DNA of 62,729 bases, filler included, from Nitrospinota bacterium (lineage in GTDB: Bacteria; JAUXIQ01), in NCBI GenBank assembly GCA_030620925.1. It is 10 parts of 10 records of this genome, joined end to end, with 100 filler letters (N's around TTAATTAATTAA, not from the genome) between each part and the next. Parts side by side here need not be neighbours in the genome. Positions count along the whole stretch, not along the records: positions 47,273 to 57,295 come from JAUXIQ010000041.1; positions 57,396 to 62,729 come from JAUXIQ010000167.1; 8 more parts are not named here. One strand, given 5' to 3'. The notes under the pieces were generated by a model. That model was not told the origin of the DNA and made no database searches. It saw nothing but the letters and a program-made list of their open reading frames with translations. Below are positions 51,144 to 60,562 of this stretch, one piece after another. Each line of letters opens with the position of its first letter. Within the stretch, counting starts at the first letter, position 1. A program made the position numbers and the translations under genes.

Positions 51144-51884
51144 ATGAGACAGGATGAGCTAGGCTATAAATCCCATTCCATACCGCTTCGACAGAGCGAC
51201 CTGGCTTACGAGCGGATTAAAGACAGCATTATTATCTGCGAGCTGGCGCCTGGGGAAGAGGTATCCGAGGCGCAACTGGCCTCTCGCTTCGGTCTGGGCA
51301 AGGCGCCCATCAGAAACGCTCTGGCCCGGCTGGCGCAGGAGGGCCTGGTTCGGGCTTTCCCCAGAAGCGGCTATGTAATCACCCCCCTGACCATCAGCGA
51401 CATCAAGGACGTATTCGAGCTGCGCATACTTCTCGAAAAAGCGGCCGCCCGGATGGCGGTGGGCCGCGTCGATACGGATAACATCCGGCATCTCGACGAG
51501 ATATGCAACATAGGCTACAAGCCCGACGACAAAGAAAGCCAGAAGACCTTCCTCCGCGCCAACCATGAAATACACATGACCATCGCCCGCGCCTCCGGCA
51601 ACGAGAGGCTGACCAGAATCATCGAGCACCTCCTAGACGAGATGACCCGCATGCTCTACCTGGGCATGAGCCTCAGCGACAAGAGCGACGAATGGAAGCA
51701 CGGGCACGAGGACGTCCTCTCGGCCCTGGTCAGGGGCGACGCCGACGAAGCGGAGCGGATCACCGGCCAGCACCTGGAGTCGGGTAAGGAGCTGGTCCTG
51801 CGGGCGGTGATGGGCAGCCCCGACCTGGCGGAGGTCAACCTGGTCCCGGTCGATTTCGGCAAAAAAAGAAAAAGCGGCGCTTAA
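51144..51884 (+). CDS. GntR family (FCD) transcriptional regulator
   Basis: AYERIK..I...L.PG...SE..LA..FG....PIR.AL HTH; N...H...A..SGN FCD motif. Confidence 0.92.
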   Translation: MRQDELGYKSHSIPLRQSDLAYERIKDSIIICELAPGEEVSEAQLASRFGLGKAPIRNALARLAQEGLVRAFPRSGYVITPLTISDIKDVFELRILLEKAAARMAVGRVDTDNIRHLDEICNIGYKPDDKESQKTFLRANHEIHMTIARASGNERLTRIIEHLLDEMTRMLYLGMSLSDKSDEWKHGHEDVLSALVRGDADEAERITGQHLESGKELVLRAVMGSPDLAEVNLVPVDFGKKRKSGA

Positions 51885-51940
51885 AGGATAATAGATCATC
51901 TATTCAGCACAAATTCCGAGCAGCAGGGAGGAGGAGCGAA

Positions 51941-53191
51941 ATGGATGCGCAGTGCACTGTTCTAAAAGGCGGGAGGTTGATCGACGGCAGCGGCGGAGCC
52001 ATTGTCGAAAACTCCGCGGTGGTCATCAAAGGCGAGCGGATCGAAGCCGCCGGTGCGGCGGACACCGTGAAAATCCCTAAAGGGGCGGAGGTGGTGGATA
52101 CTACGGGGAAGACGGTTATGCCCGGCCTCATGGACGCGCACCTTCACCTTTGGGGAATAAACAGGACGAACCCCCTGACCCTGATGATCGATCCTCCCGA
52201 ACAGAGAGGGATGAGATCGGTCATGGACGTCTGGAAACTTCTGGACAGCGGGTACACCACGGTGAGGTGCTGCGGTAATTCCAACAACATGAGCATCTAT
52301 TTAAGAGAAGCCATCACCGAAGGAAGCATCATCGGGCCAAGAATCCTCTCCTGCGGGGCGATCATTACCCAGACCGGCGGTCATGGTGATACCGCTCATT
52401 CGCTCCCCATCGAATGGGTCAACCAGCGGGGGGTGGGCCGGATCGCCGATGGCGCGGACGAATGCCGCAAGGCCGCCCGCGAGCAGCTTCGCGCCGGGGC
52501 CGACTTCATAAAGCTTTGTTCGACCGGCGGTGTGCTCTCGGAAAAAGACCTCCCCACCTCGTGCCAGTATACCATCGACGAGATAAGCGCCATGGTGGAA
52601 GAAGCGCACAACGTCGGCGCCAAAGTTGCCAGTCACGCCCAGGGAACCAGGGGCATCAAGAATGCCCTGCTGGCGGGCGTTGATACCATCGAGCACGGGT
52701 TTTATCTCGACGATGAAGTCATCGAGATGATGATCAAACAAAACAGCCACTTCATCCCCACCCTGATAATCGTGGAGACCATCGCAACCAAGGGCGCGGA
52801 GGCGGGCATTCCGAAGGGATCGCTGAAAAAGGCGAAGGATAATCGGGAAGTGCATCGCAAATCTTTCGAGATGGCCTGTAAGGCGGGTGTCCAGATCGGC
52901 TGCGGGTCGGATTTTCTTAGCTCTCCCATGTCTCCCATGGGTGAGAACGCCAAAGAACTGGCTCTCCAGGTGGAGGCCGGCCGATCACCCATAGACGTCA
53001 TCACTTCCGCCACCAAAATCAACGCCGAAGCCCTGGATATCGGAGACGACGTGGGTACGCTGGAAGCGGGCAAACTGGCGGACCTCCTGGTGGTGGATGG
53101 GGACCCCTTAAAGGATATTACGGTTTTGAACGATAAGACGAACATCCTCAAGGTGTATAAGGGCGGCGTCGAGGCGCCCCGTCTAAGCTAA
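51941..53191 (+). CDS. Metal-dependent amidohydrolase (Xaa-Pro dipeptidase/ochratoxinase-like)
   Basis: PGLMDAHLH, TGGHGD, GADFIK, ASHA, TIEHG, GSD and GKLADL motifs. Confidence 0.92.
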   Translation: MDAQCTVLKGGRLIDGSGGAIVENSAVVIKGERIEAAGAADTVKIPKGAEVVDTTGKTVMPGLMDAHLHLWGINRTNPLTLMIDPPEQRGMRSVMDVWKLLDSGYTTVRCCGNSNNMSIYLREAITEGSIIGPRILSCGAIITQTGGHGDTAHSLPIEWVNQRGVGRIADGADECRKAAREQLRAGADFIKLCSTGGVLSEKDLPTSCQYTIDEISAMVEEAHNVGAKVASHAQGTRGIKNALLAGVDTIEHGFYLDDEVIEMMIKQNSHFIPTLIIVETIATKGAEAGIPKGSLKKAKDNREVHRKSFEMACKAGVQIGCGSDFLSSPMSPMGENAKELALQVEAGRSPIDVITSATKINAEALDIGDDVGTLEAGKLADLLVVDGDPLKDITVLNDKTNILKVYKGGVEAPRLS

Positions 53192-53208
53192 TCCGGAGGA
53201 GATTTAAG

Positions 53209-53379
53209 ATGTCGGAGACTTCTGATCAGATGGCGCGTTTGGTCCAGAAATTGAGCGATCAGGTTTTCATCGAGCTGAAGAAACGTGTTCAACCCGTAGT
53301 GGATAGTGTTTGGGCGGAGATCAGACGTGAGATAGAAAACCAGGCCGGGTCGCTTAACGAGGACAACGCTATCGAATAA
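53209..53379 (+). pseudogene. Truncated paralog (56 aa) of the gene at 54560
   Basis: MSETSDQMARLVQKLSDQVFIELKKRVQPVVDSVWAEIRREIEN vs MSETSDQMERLVQGLSDKVLDELKKRVEPLVERAWAEIRQEIES. Confidence 0.85.
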
Positions 53380-53495
53380 CCGACGCAACCGGTAAAATTT
53401 TCCCGGCCGGATACCGGGCGATAATGCCTTGATCGATAAGGTTCCGGAGATTATTGGCGATGAGCTAAGCGATAAACTGAAGAAAGGAAAGGAAA

Positions 53496-54428
53496 ATGAA
53501 CACGCTGATAATTTACTTTTCACAGACCGGCGGTACGCTGAAGGTGGCGGAACATATTCGCGACGGTATCGCGGATATGACGGGCCAGTGTGACCTTGCG
53601 AATATGAACGAGGCTGACATCGCTTCGTTGGCCGATTACGACCTGGTTGGCCTCGGATGCCCCGTTTTTTACTTCCAGGAGCCGTTCAACGTCCGCTCTT
53701 TTATGGAAAGCCTGCCCCAGCTACCCGGTAAGCAATGGTTCCTCTTCTCCACCCACGGCTCATCCTGGGGGAACATCTTTCCCCTGATGGCGGAGCGACT
53801 GAAAAGTAAGGGCATAACCGTTATCGGCTATCACCACACCTATTCCGACTCCTCGCTGCCCTACTACCCCTATCCCGCCATGACACACGGCCACCCCGAT
53901 GCCCAGGAGCTGGGGGAAGCGCGTTCTTTCGGAAGGGAATTAATCACTTGCAGCAAGCGCATCGCACAGGGTGATGAGAGCCTCATCCCGGCACCGGACC
54001 ACGTTCCTGAAGACTGGGTGAAAATATCAGAAATGTACACGCCGGAATTCATGGAGCAGGAATTGCCCCGTCTGAGCATCGATATGGACAAGTGTACGCT
54101 GTGCAAAGACTGCGAAGAGGGCTGCCCTGTGGATGGCATCGGCGTCGAAGAGGACCCTCCCCGCATCCAGCAGCCCTGCATCTACTGCTGGAACTGCGCC
54201 AAGATATGTCCCGTACAGGCCATCGAAGCTGACTGGGAGGCACGCGCCGCCGCCGTCCGGGAAAACTTCGCCAAGTACCGGAAAACACTCGACGAAGCCG
54301 CTGAGCGGGGAGTTTTCCGCTGGTGTATAGACCCCGACACTATCGATGTCGACGACCCGCTATACAAACAGCTCGACCGAAAGGTAAAGGAAGAGCAGGG
54401 GAGAAACCCACCGGCGCAGGATGCATAG
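53496..54428 (+). CDS. EFR1-like flavodoxin-ferredoxin fusion
   Basis: YFSQTGGT flavodoxin loop; two CxxCxxCxxxCP motifs. Confidence 0.88.
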   Translation: MNTLIIYFSQTGGTLKVAEHIRDGIADMTGQCDLANMNEADIASLADYDLVGLGCPVFYFQEPFNVRSFMESLPQLPGKQWFLFSTHGSSWGNIFPLMAERLKSKGITVIGYHHTYSDSSLPYYPYPAMTHGHPDAQELGEARSFGRELITCSKRIAQGDESLIPAPDHVPEDWVKISEMYTPEFMEQELPRLSIDMDKCTLCKDCEEGCPVDGIGVEEDPPRIQQPCIYCWNCAKICPVQAIEADWEARAAAVRENFAKYRKTLDEAAERGVFRWCIDPDTIDVDDPLYKQLDRKVKEEQGRNPPAQDA

Positions 54429-54559
54429 TTTTGCTACGGCCGGAACCGATTTTACGAAATTGCGGTCGAAGCCGGCCGCTCACCCAGGGTGGATATAATC
54501 AAGATATATAAAGACGTCGTCGAGGCGCTCGGTTCAGGACGACCGTAAGGAGGTTCAAG

Positions 54560-55237
54560 ATGTCAGAGACATCGGATCAGATGGAACGCCTGGTGCAAGG
54601 GCTGAGCGATAAGGTTCTGGACGAGCTAAAGAAACGCGTCGAACCTCTCGTGGAACGAGCATGGGCTGAAATCCGGCAGGAAATCGAGTCCAATGCCGCT
54701 TCGTTGAGAGAGAAGAACGTCCATCGGGCAATAGACGGCCCGAGCGGACTGTTTTTGCATACTTGCTCTCTCCTTTTAGCGGGTTATCGGGTAATTCTGC
54801 CGTTGATAAAGGATCAGGATAAGGTTTTAGGAATCATGAGTGCGGCAATGAGCGAAAGGTTAGGAGAAGGGATCGAAGCATACCTCGCGAACCGATTTGA
54901 AATAATCCAGGATGCACCTGACCGGGCCTTCGAAAAGGCGAAGTTGAATTTTAAAGGCATTGGCGAAGCGAGGTTCGGCCGTACCTTCGTCTACGAGCAG
55001 GAAGACCGGAGCGAAACAGAATACACCGTTAGCGTCCGCAAGTGCTTTTTCAACGAATTCTTCAGTGAAAACGAGGCGCCGGAGATGACACAGCGCGTTT
55101 TCTGCATACAGGACGACATCTGGATGGACGAGCTTAATAATCCAAAGTACAGTCTGAAAGTATCCCGTTCATCCATAATAGCCGAGGGAGACGACGCCTG
55201 CAGCTTCCATTTTTCAAAGGCAACACCTGAATCCTGA
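54560..55237 (+). CDS. L-2-amino-thiazoline-4-carboxylate hydrolase-like (V4R-like fold) protein
   Basis: V.KC.F..FF......E....FC..D and R...IA.G.D.C.F.F pattern. Confidence 0.7.
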   Translation: MSETSDQMERLVQGLSDKVLDELKKRVEPLVERAWAEIRQEIESNAASLREKNVHRAIDGPSGLFLHTCSLLLAGYRVILPLIKDQDKVLGIMSAAMSERLGEGIEAYLANRFEIIQDAPDRAFEKAKLNFKGIGEARFGRTFVYEQEDRSETEYTVSVRKCFFNEFFSENEAPEMTQRVFCIQDDIWMDELNNPKYSLKVSRSSIIAEGDDACSFHFSKATPES

Positions 55238-55248
55238 GTGAAAAACCC

Positions 55249-56172
55249 ATGACCTCGGAAAAGACTTCGGTGCAAGGTGGTGCCATCCTGGCCCTGGTGG
55301 GAATGAACATTATCTGGGGAGCCATGTTCCCCCTCACCAAGCCCGCGCTGGAGGCGATTCCGCCATATACGTTCACGCTGCTCCGCTTCGCGGTGGCCAT
55401 GGCGGTGCTGCTCCCCCTTAACCGGCGTGAATCGTTCGCACTGCTGAGAGGCCCGGATGGAATTAAGCTGGCGTTATTAGGCCTGCTGGGATTCTGCGCG
55501 GCTCAGGTGTCACAATCGGTGGCCTTGAAACTGAGCACTGCTTCGGACATCGCTCTGCTTTCCACCACTTCGCCCATCTGGATCGCTTTCCTGGCCTGGC
55601 TATGGCTCGGCGAGCGGTTGAACCGATACGGAGGGATAGGGTTCCTGCTGGCAATAGCCGGATTGACCCTGATCCTCTGGCCCAAAGAGAGCGTCGGCCA
55701 GTTCGTCGGGGGGCAGCGTGTGCTGGGCGACGCCATCTTTATGATCACCGGGTTCACCTGGGCCTGTTACAACGTGATAGGGAAAGACCTGATGGAGCGG
55801 CACCCTCCCCTGCCGGTTATCACCGCAACGGGGATTGTCGGAACCATCGGCGTCGTCCCATTCGCGACTTACGAGCTGTTGAACGGGCAGACGCCTGAGT
55901 TCACGCCGGTCAGCGTGGCGGGTGTCGCCTATGCCGGTCTGCTGGTAACCGCCCTGGGGTTCGGGGTGCTTTTTTGGGCGCTCTCCCGCGTGAGCGCTGC
56001 CCATGTGGCGATATTGATGTATCTTCAGCCGTTGGCCGGAGTACTCATCGCCTGGCTGCTGCTCCACGAGCCGCTGGGCCTGGAGTTCGTAATCGGTGCG
56101 GCGCTGGTTCTGGGCGGAGCATACCTGGTGACGGTTCGTTCTCCGAGTGAGGTTGAGGTACTGCATCGGTAG
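55249..56172 (+). CDS. DMT/EamA family transporter
   Basis: About ten TM helices; IWG, LRF, LGE and LHE motifs. Confidence 0.92.
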   Translation: MTSEKTSVQGGAILALVGMNIIWGAMFPLTKPALEAIPPYTFTLLRFAVAMAVLLPLNRRESFALLRGPDGIKLALLGLLGFCAAQVSQSVALKLSTASDIALLSTTSPIWIAFLAWLWLGERLNRYGGIGFLLAIAGLTLILWPKESVGQFVGGQRVLGDAIFMITGFTWACYNVIGKDLMERHPPLPVITATGIVGTIGVVPFATYELLNGQTPEFTPVSVAGVAYAGLLVTALGFGVLFWALSRVSAAHVAILMYLQPLAGVLIAWLLLHEPLGLEFVIGAALVLGGAYLVTVRSPSEVEVLHR

Positions 56173-56221
56173 GCGACGGCACCCTTTGACCGCCTCATTT
56201 CATCAATAGGGAGGGAAACTC

Positions 56222-56944
56222 ATGAGCGGCGACGATATCAGATCATCCTTTACCGCCGAGCATCACGCACTGCTCTTCGGCTGGATCGCCAGGGAGGTGA
56301 TCGGGCGCCTGGGAGAAGAAAGGGGCGAGGAAGTGCTCAAAAAAGCCGTCTGGAAATACGGCGAGCAGCGCGGCCGCCGCATGGCCCTGCGGATTAAAGC
56401 CGACGGGCGTGAGCCGAACATGGTGAACTACCGGGCCTACGGGGAATGGGAGGCCGGTAAAGGGGAGATGGAGATTAAAGTAGCGGCCAGAAAACCGCAC
56501 CTGCACGTCCAGGTTTTCAAGTGTTGCTGGACGACAGCGTGGGAGGAGAACGGCCTGTCACAATATACCCGCTGCTATTGCCCTACGGCCGACGAGTCGA
56601 TCGTTCACGGGTTCAATCCCGACCTCACCATCGACATACCCGGCAACAGGGCAAATGGAGACTCCTGCTGCGATCTGATTTTTCACGACGCAAATCTAAC
56701 CTTGATAGATGCCCTGGTCATGAATAGGAGGAAAAAAAAGGTGCGGGAAAAGGCCCTGATGCCCTGGGACTATCATACCGGACACATCTACAAGACGATG
56801 GGCGAAGTTATAATCTCCGAGCTTGGAAATGACGGCGAAAAGGCGGTTGAGGCCGCTCTCAAAGAATTTACGGACCACTACGGGGAAGAAGCGGCGCAAA
56901 TCCTCGAGCCATACAGAGAGGCCGACTTCGACCGGTTGCCCTGA
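56222..56944 (+). CDS. Second ATC-hydrolase-like protein
   Basis: YG.QRGRRMA, C.W..AW, YC...D....GFNP and G...C pattern. Confidence 0.75.
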   Translation: MSGDDIRSSFTAEHHALLFGWIAREVIGRLGEERGEEVLKKAVWKYGEQRGRRMALRIKADGREPNMVNYRAYGEWEAGKGEMEIKVAARKPHLHVQVFKCCWTTAWEENGLSQYTRCYCPTADESIVHGFNPDLTIDIPGNRANGDSCCDLIFHDANLTLIDALVMNRRKKKVREKALMPWDYHTGHIYKTMGEVIISELGNDGEKAVEAALKEFTDHYGEEAAQILEPYREADFDRLP

Positions 56945-57159
56945 TGCACGTTGCCCCGGAGCGAAACCGGGCCGGAGTAAGCTTGATAATATTTATCAGG
57001 TATTATAATTTTCACGCACCATCTACAGGCAGGACTTCAAGACTGTCAAACCTCTACTCAAAGGAGCGGGGAGGTGCGAGTAATTGCCCAAAAAAGCCGT
57101 CTGAAAATCAAGGGAACAGCGATCAGCACGCTTAAACCGCTGCCGTTAATTATGAAGTT

Positions 57160-57294
57160 TCAGCTTTTGATTGGCTGCTGGCAATTGTTGCAATAAATCT
57201 CACCAGCTTCCGGGTCGTCTTCCATTATCAATTGCTCCGGGCGGATGTTCTCAAACTCATCATCGAAACATTCCGCGCAGAAGACTGCGGAGCC
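57160..57294 (-). CDS. Small zinc-finger-like protein (5' truncated; not in ORF track)
   Basis: ...GSAVFCAECFDDEFENIRPEQLIMEDDPEAGEIYCNNCQQPIKS*; two CxxC pairs. Confidence 0.55.
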   Translation of the reverse strand, partial: GSAVFCAECFDDEFENIRPEQLIMEDDPEAGEIYCNNCQQPIKS

Positions 57295-57395
57295 CNNNNN
57301 NNNNNNNNNNNNNNNNNNNNNNNNNNNNNNNNNNNNNNNTTAATTAATTAANNNNNNNNNNNNNNNNNNNNNNNNNNNNNNNNNNNNNNNNNNNN

Positions 57396-57646
57396 CGGGG
57401 GTGTTCGATGAAGCCGGAGGGGAGGGGCCTGTTTTTGGTGCGGGCCATGATACCGTCGACGTCGCGGTCTAAAAAATGATTGATCGCGCACGAACCGGAA
57501 GAAGCCAGGAAAGAAGCGATTCCCAGCATCAACAGGGTGCTCAGGGGCAGGTTCCCGCCGCCGGTGGCGAAGGCGGTGGCAACTGCGCTGAAAACTATGG
57601 AGGCCGTCAGGCCCGGTTTGAGCAAGGAGATATACTGATTCAGCAT
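57396..57646 (-). CDS. ctaB: Protoheme IX farnesyltransferase (heme O synthase), 3' truncated
   Basis: L.KP, N...DRD.D..M.RT..RPLPSG motif. Confidence 0.9.
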
Positions 57647-57756
57647 GGCCTTTTCCCACCGATAAGTCGTGCGGAGAAAGGAGGGGGGAGGCAGCCCGGA
57701 ACATCAAAAAGGTGTGCCATCGGAGTGGTGCTTCTTCCGAGCCGCCTCACGACATA

Positions 57757-57891
57757 CTATCCGATGCTCCACAACCTGGAGAGCACAGACCAGTTTAAAA
57801 AGTAGAGCGCTGCGAACCAGGCCAGGAATATGAAAACCAGCACAAGCGTGCCCGGGGCTTTCATTTTTCCGCTTTTCTTTTCCTCGTCCAT
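57757..57891 (-). CDS. Small single-TM subunit IIa-like protein of B-family heme-copper enzymes (44 aa; not in ORF track)
   Basis: MDEEKKSGKMKAPGTLVLVFIFLAWFAALYFLNWSVLSRLWSIG after AAGGAG. Confidence 0.7.
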   Translation of the reverse strand: MDEEKKSGKMKAPGTLVLVFIFLAWFAALYFLNWSVLSRLWSIG

Positions 57892-57966
57892 CACCCGTTA
57901 CTCCTTTAATTTGCTTTCTATCATAAACTGAGTCGAAGTTTAGTCTGCGGTCCTTTTGTCCACGCC

Positions 57967-59481
57967 TCAGGCGATCTTTTCCCCCTTTAACAGAGAACCC
58001 ACTGCAAGGAGGATAAAGATAAGTGCGCCCACAAAGGCTATGATGCCGCCTATGCCTACCATCCCCAAGGCGCCGTATATCCTTTCGCCCAGGCTCACGG
58101 GCAGGTTGGCGTCGGCGAAAGTGACGTCCCAATGCCGTCTGGGCACGCCCATGGAGCCGGCGGAGAGCATCCCCACCGCCATGATTACCACACCTATACT
58201 GAATATGTAGGGCTGGAATTTAGCCAGCTTCTCCCAGATGAGCTTCCGCTGGCCGACCAGCTGAATAATGTAGTAGGCTATGCCCATGAAGGCCAGGGTC
58301 GTGCCCGCCACCACCGTGGTATGGAAATGGCCCGGTATCCTCAGGGTGTTGTGCGCCAGCATGTTTAATTGTTCGCTCCCCTGGATGACGCCGGTAGTCC
58401 CTCCGATAAACCCGAAAATAACGAAAGAGAGGGCCAACGACGAGAAACCGGGCGTTCCCCAGGGCGCCTTTCTCAGCCACTGGAACAGCCCCGTGGTGAA
58501 ACCTTTCGCCCTCTGGGCGATCTCCACCCCCGCCGGAATGGAAAAAGCGTGTATCATGCTGCCCACCACGGCCAGGTACATGGCGTAACTGGTGTTGAAG
58601 ATCCTGAAGGGCGAGTGGAGCCCGGGGTCCACCAGGAGGTGATGTATGGCTCCCAGGTTTATGAATGGCAGATAGAGGAAGAAGGCGATTCTGCTCAGCT
58701 TCTGGCTGGGGACCTTGGACCCCACGGTCAGCGTGCCCAGCAGATACCAGATGGCTATCATGGCGACCAGGTTTATCTGCTGGGCGCCGTGTCCGATGCC
58801 CCAGTAGGTCAGCCTGTACATTGCCGGGTCGATGTTTTTCATCAAACCAACTGACCATAAAAGTGCGGGCACGTAGGTCAGCGCGCCGTGGGCCAGCGAC
58901 CAGACAGCGATGATGGCGGCGCAGGCCAGACCGAAAGTCACCAGCGGTAACGCCCCATCGTACTTACCTTCCTGCTTGGCCAGGACCAAGGTTGCGAAGA
59001 ACAACAGGCAGGCGAGCAAGGCTCCCACGGCGAATATCAATATGCCCAGATAATAGAGGGGATGGGCTTGAAGCGGCGGATAAGAGGTGAACATCACATC
59101 CGCGTTGCCGGTGAAAACCATGATATCCGCTAAAGCCGCCCCGAGCAGCATGAGCACGAAGCAGGCCCAGGCCACTCTGGGCTTTGCCAGCCTGGCGTTC
59201 AACAGGATGGTAGCGCCGAAATATAGACCGGCTATCTCGAAGAAAATGATCCAGAAGATGAGCATGTTTAATCCGTGTGCCGTCACGAACCGGTAGAAGA
59301 ACTCCTGGTTGAGCAGATGAACTGCAGGCCAGCGGGTGAGGGCTATAAGGATAGCCATGACGGTTCCTATAAGCAGGAACACTACTGCGGTCACGGCGTT
59401 GGTCATTATGAGTTTTTGTGCCGGAAGATGCACCTGTAACCCCGTGACGGAGCATGTTCTTAATTTTGCTTCTGCAGCCAT
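57967..59481 (-). CDS. Heme-copper oxidase superfamily subunit I, B-family-derived, probable eNOR nitric oxide reductase
   Basis: Six His ligands (AHG, GH, HH, HFH); helix VI reads WGIGHGAQQIN, with Gln at the His+4 position where O2 reductases have Tyr. Confidence 0.85.
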   Translation of the reverse strand: MAAEAKLRTCSVTGLQVHLPAQKLIMTNAVTAVVFLLIGTVMAILIALTRWPAVHLLNQEFFYRFVTAHGLNMLIFWIIFFEIAGLYFGATILLNARLAKPRVAWACFVLMLLGAALADIMVFTGNADVMFTSYPPLQAHPLYYLGILIFAVGALLACLLFFATLVLAKQEGKYDGALPLVTFGLACAAIIAVWSLAHGALTYVPALLWSVGLMKNIDPAMYRLTYWGIGHGAQQINLVAMIAIWYLLGTLTVGSKVPSQKLSRIAFFLYLPFINLGAIHHLLVDPGLHSPFRIFNTSYAMYLAVVGSMIHAFSIPAGVEIAQRAKGFTTGLFQWLRKAPWGTPGFSSLALSFVIFGFIGGTTGVIQGSEQLNMLAHNTLRIPGHFHTTVVAGTTLAFMGIAYYIIQLVGQRKLIWEKLAKFQPYIFSIGVVIMAVGMLSAGSMGVPRRHWDVTFADANLPVSLGERIYGALGMVGIGGIIAFVGALIFILLAVGSLLKGEKIA

Positions 59482-59487
59482 ATTGAA

Positions 59488-60015
59488 TTACTCCTTCACA
59501 ATTATTTTTCCCACCATCTTGTGATGGCCGATTCCGCAGTACTCATTGCATATCAGGCTGAACTCCCCTGCCTCCGTGGGAGTTATGTTGACCACGAAAT
59601 CGTAACCTGGAAGAATCTGAAGATTGAGGTTCATGGGCTGGATCGATAACCCGTGCTGGAGGTCGAGAGAGGATAGATGGAGTCGGTATCTTTCACCTTT
59701 CTTCAATACCAGTATGGGATCGAAAGACCAGAGGCGCGAGATCAGGTAGGCGTCGCCCCCCGCAGGAGGCGCCACTATGGCCCTGCCCTTATCCTCGCCG
59801 ACCTTGTACTTGGCTATAAAATCGTTGGCCTCCTGGGCGAAGACGGCGGGGGTTATCCTATAGGTGGTGGATGGGTTGTTCTGGCGGCCGGCTCCGTGCC
59901 AGGCGATCATGAAGATAAACATGAAAATAGCCCAGCATAGGGCCACGATGACCCAGATTTTCTCTTCCTTGGCGAGCGGTCGCCACCATATTCTTTCCGG
60001 TGCCGAGATACTCAT
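59488..60015 (-). CDS. CuA-containing subunit II
   Basis: One TM helix; HG...CNEYCGIGHHKM CuA motif. Confidence 0.93.
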   Translation of the reverse strand: MSISAPERIWWRPLAKEEKIWVIVALCWAIFMFIFMIAWHGAGRQNNPSTTYRITPAVFAQEANDFIAKYKVGEDKGRAIVAPPAGGDAYLISRLWSFDPILVLKKGERYRLHLSSLDLQHGLSIQPMNLNLQILPGYDFVVNITPTEAGEFSLICNEYCGIGHHKMVGKIIVKE

Positions 60016-60032
60016 ATCGTCCCCTTTCTAAA

Positions 60033-60197
60033 TCACCTGATAAAAATTGGAACGCTGACCAGCTCCATGATGCCCCAGATGGTGTAAAGTATGGTGGGCA
60101 CCACCAGACCTATCAGTATCAGCAACGAAGTGTCGTCGATAATCGCTTGCCAGAAAGGGATAGGCTCCTGGCCTGTTCCGTCCGTCTCCTGTTCCAT
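60033..60197 (-). CDS. Small membrane protein heading the oxidase/NOR operon (54 aa; not in ORF track)
   Basis: MEQETDGTGQEPIPFWQAIIDDTSLLILIGLVVPTILYTIWGIMELVSVPIFIR after GGAGG. Confidence 0.75.
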   Translation of the reverse strand: MEQETDGTGQEPIPFWQAIIDDTSLLILIGLVVPTILYTIWGIMELVSVPIFIR

Positions 60198-60311
60198 CTA
60201 CGCTACCTCCTCTTTAAAACTTTTAAAACCTGGCTGACCGGCAGCCGACGAAACTAATACCATACTGGTTAAGTATTATATTGACTCTAACAATATTCTG
60301 GTTACGGGAAA

Positions 60312-60325
60312 TTGACTTAAGTCAA
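60312..60325. promoter_or_regulatory. FNR/Dnr (Crp-Fnr family) type box
   Basis: Perfect palindrome TTGAC-TTAA-GTCAA upstream of the operon. Confidence 0.7.
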
Positions 60326-60562
60326 CAAAATGTCGATTTATAAATTTAAGTCTCAAAACTTTGCAGAAAGCTGTGGGCTGGAAGTTTCCTCAATGCCTTT
60401 TACGAGTGGAGGGGTTTATAACCGGAATCTAATTGCTGGACATTGAGCAAATCCCGTGATATTTAGAAATTAAGGTAACAAACATCAGGAGGGCGTTTTT
60501 GGGGGTTGACCTGATACCCTGATTTTTTTATGCTTGCACGGGAATGAACCGGGAGGTGGGGC

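Noticed and set aside
57967-59481. Ordinary ba3/aa3 O2 reductase as evidence of aerobic respiration
   Set aside because: The helix VI Tyr is replaced by Gln.
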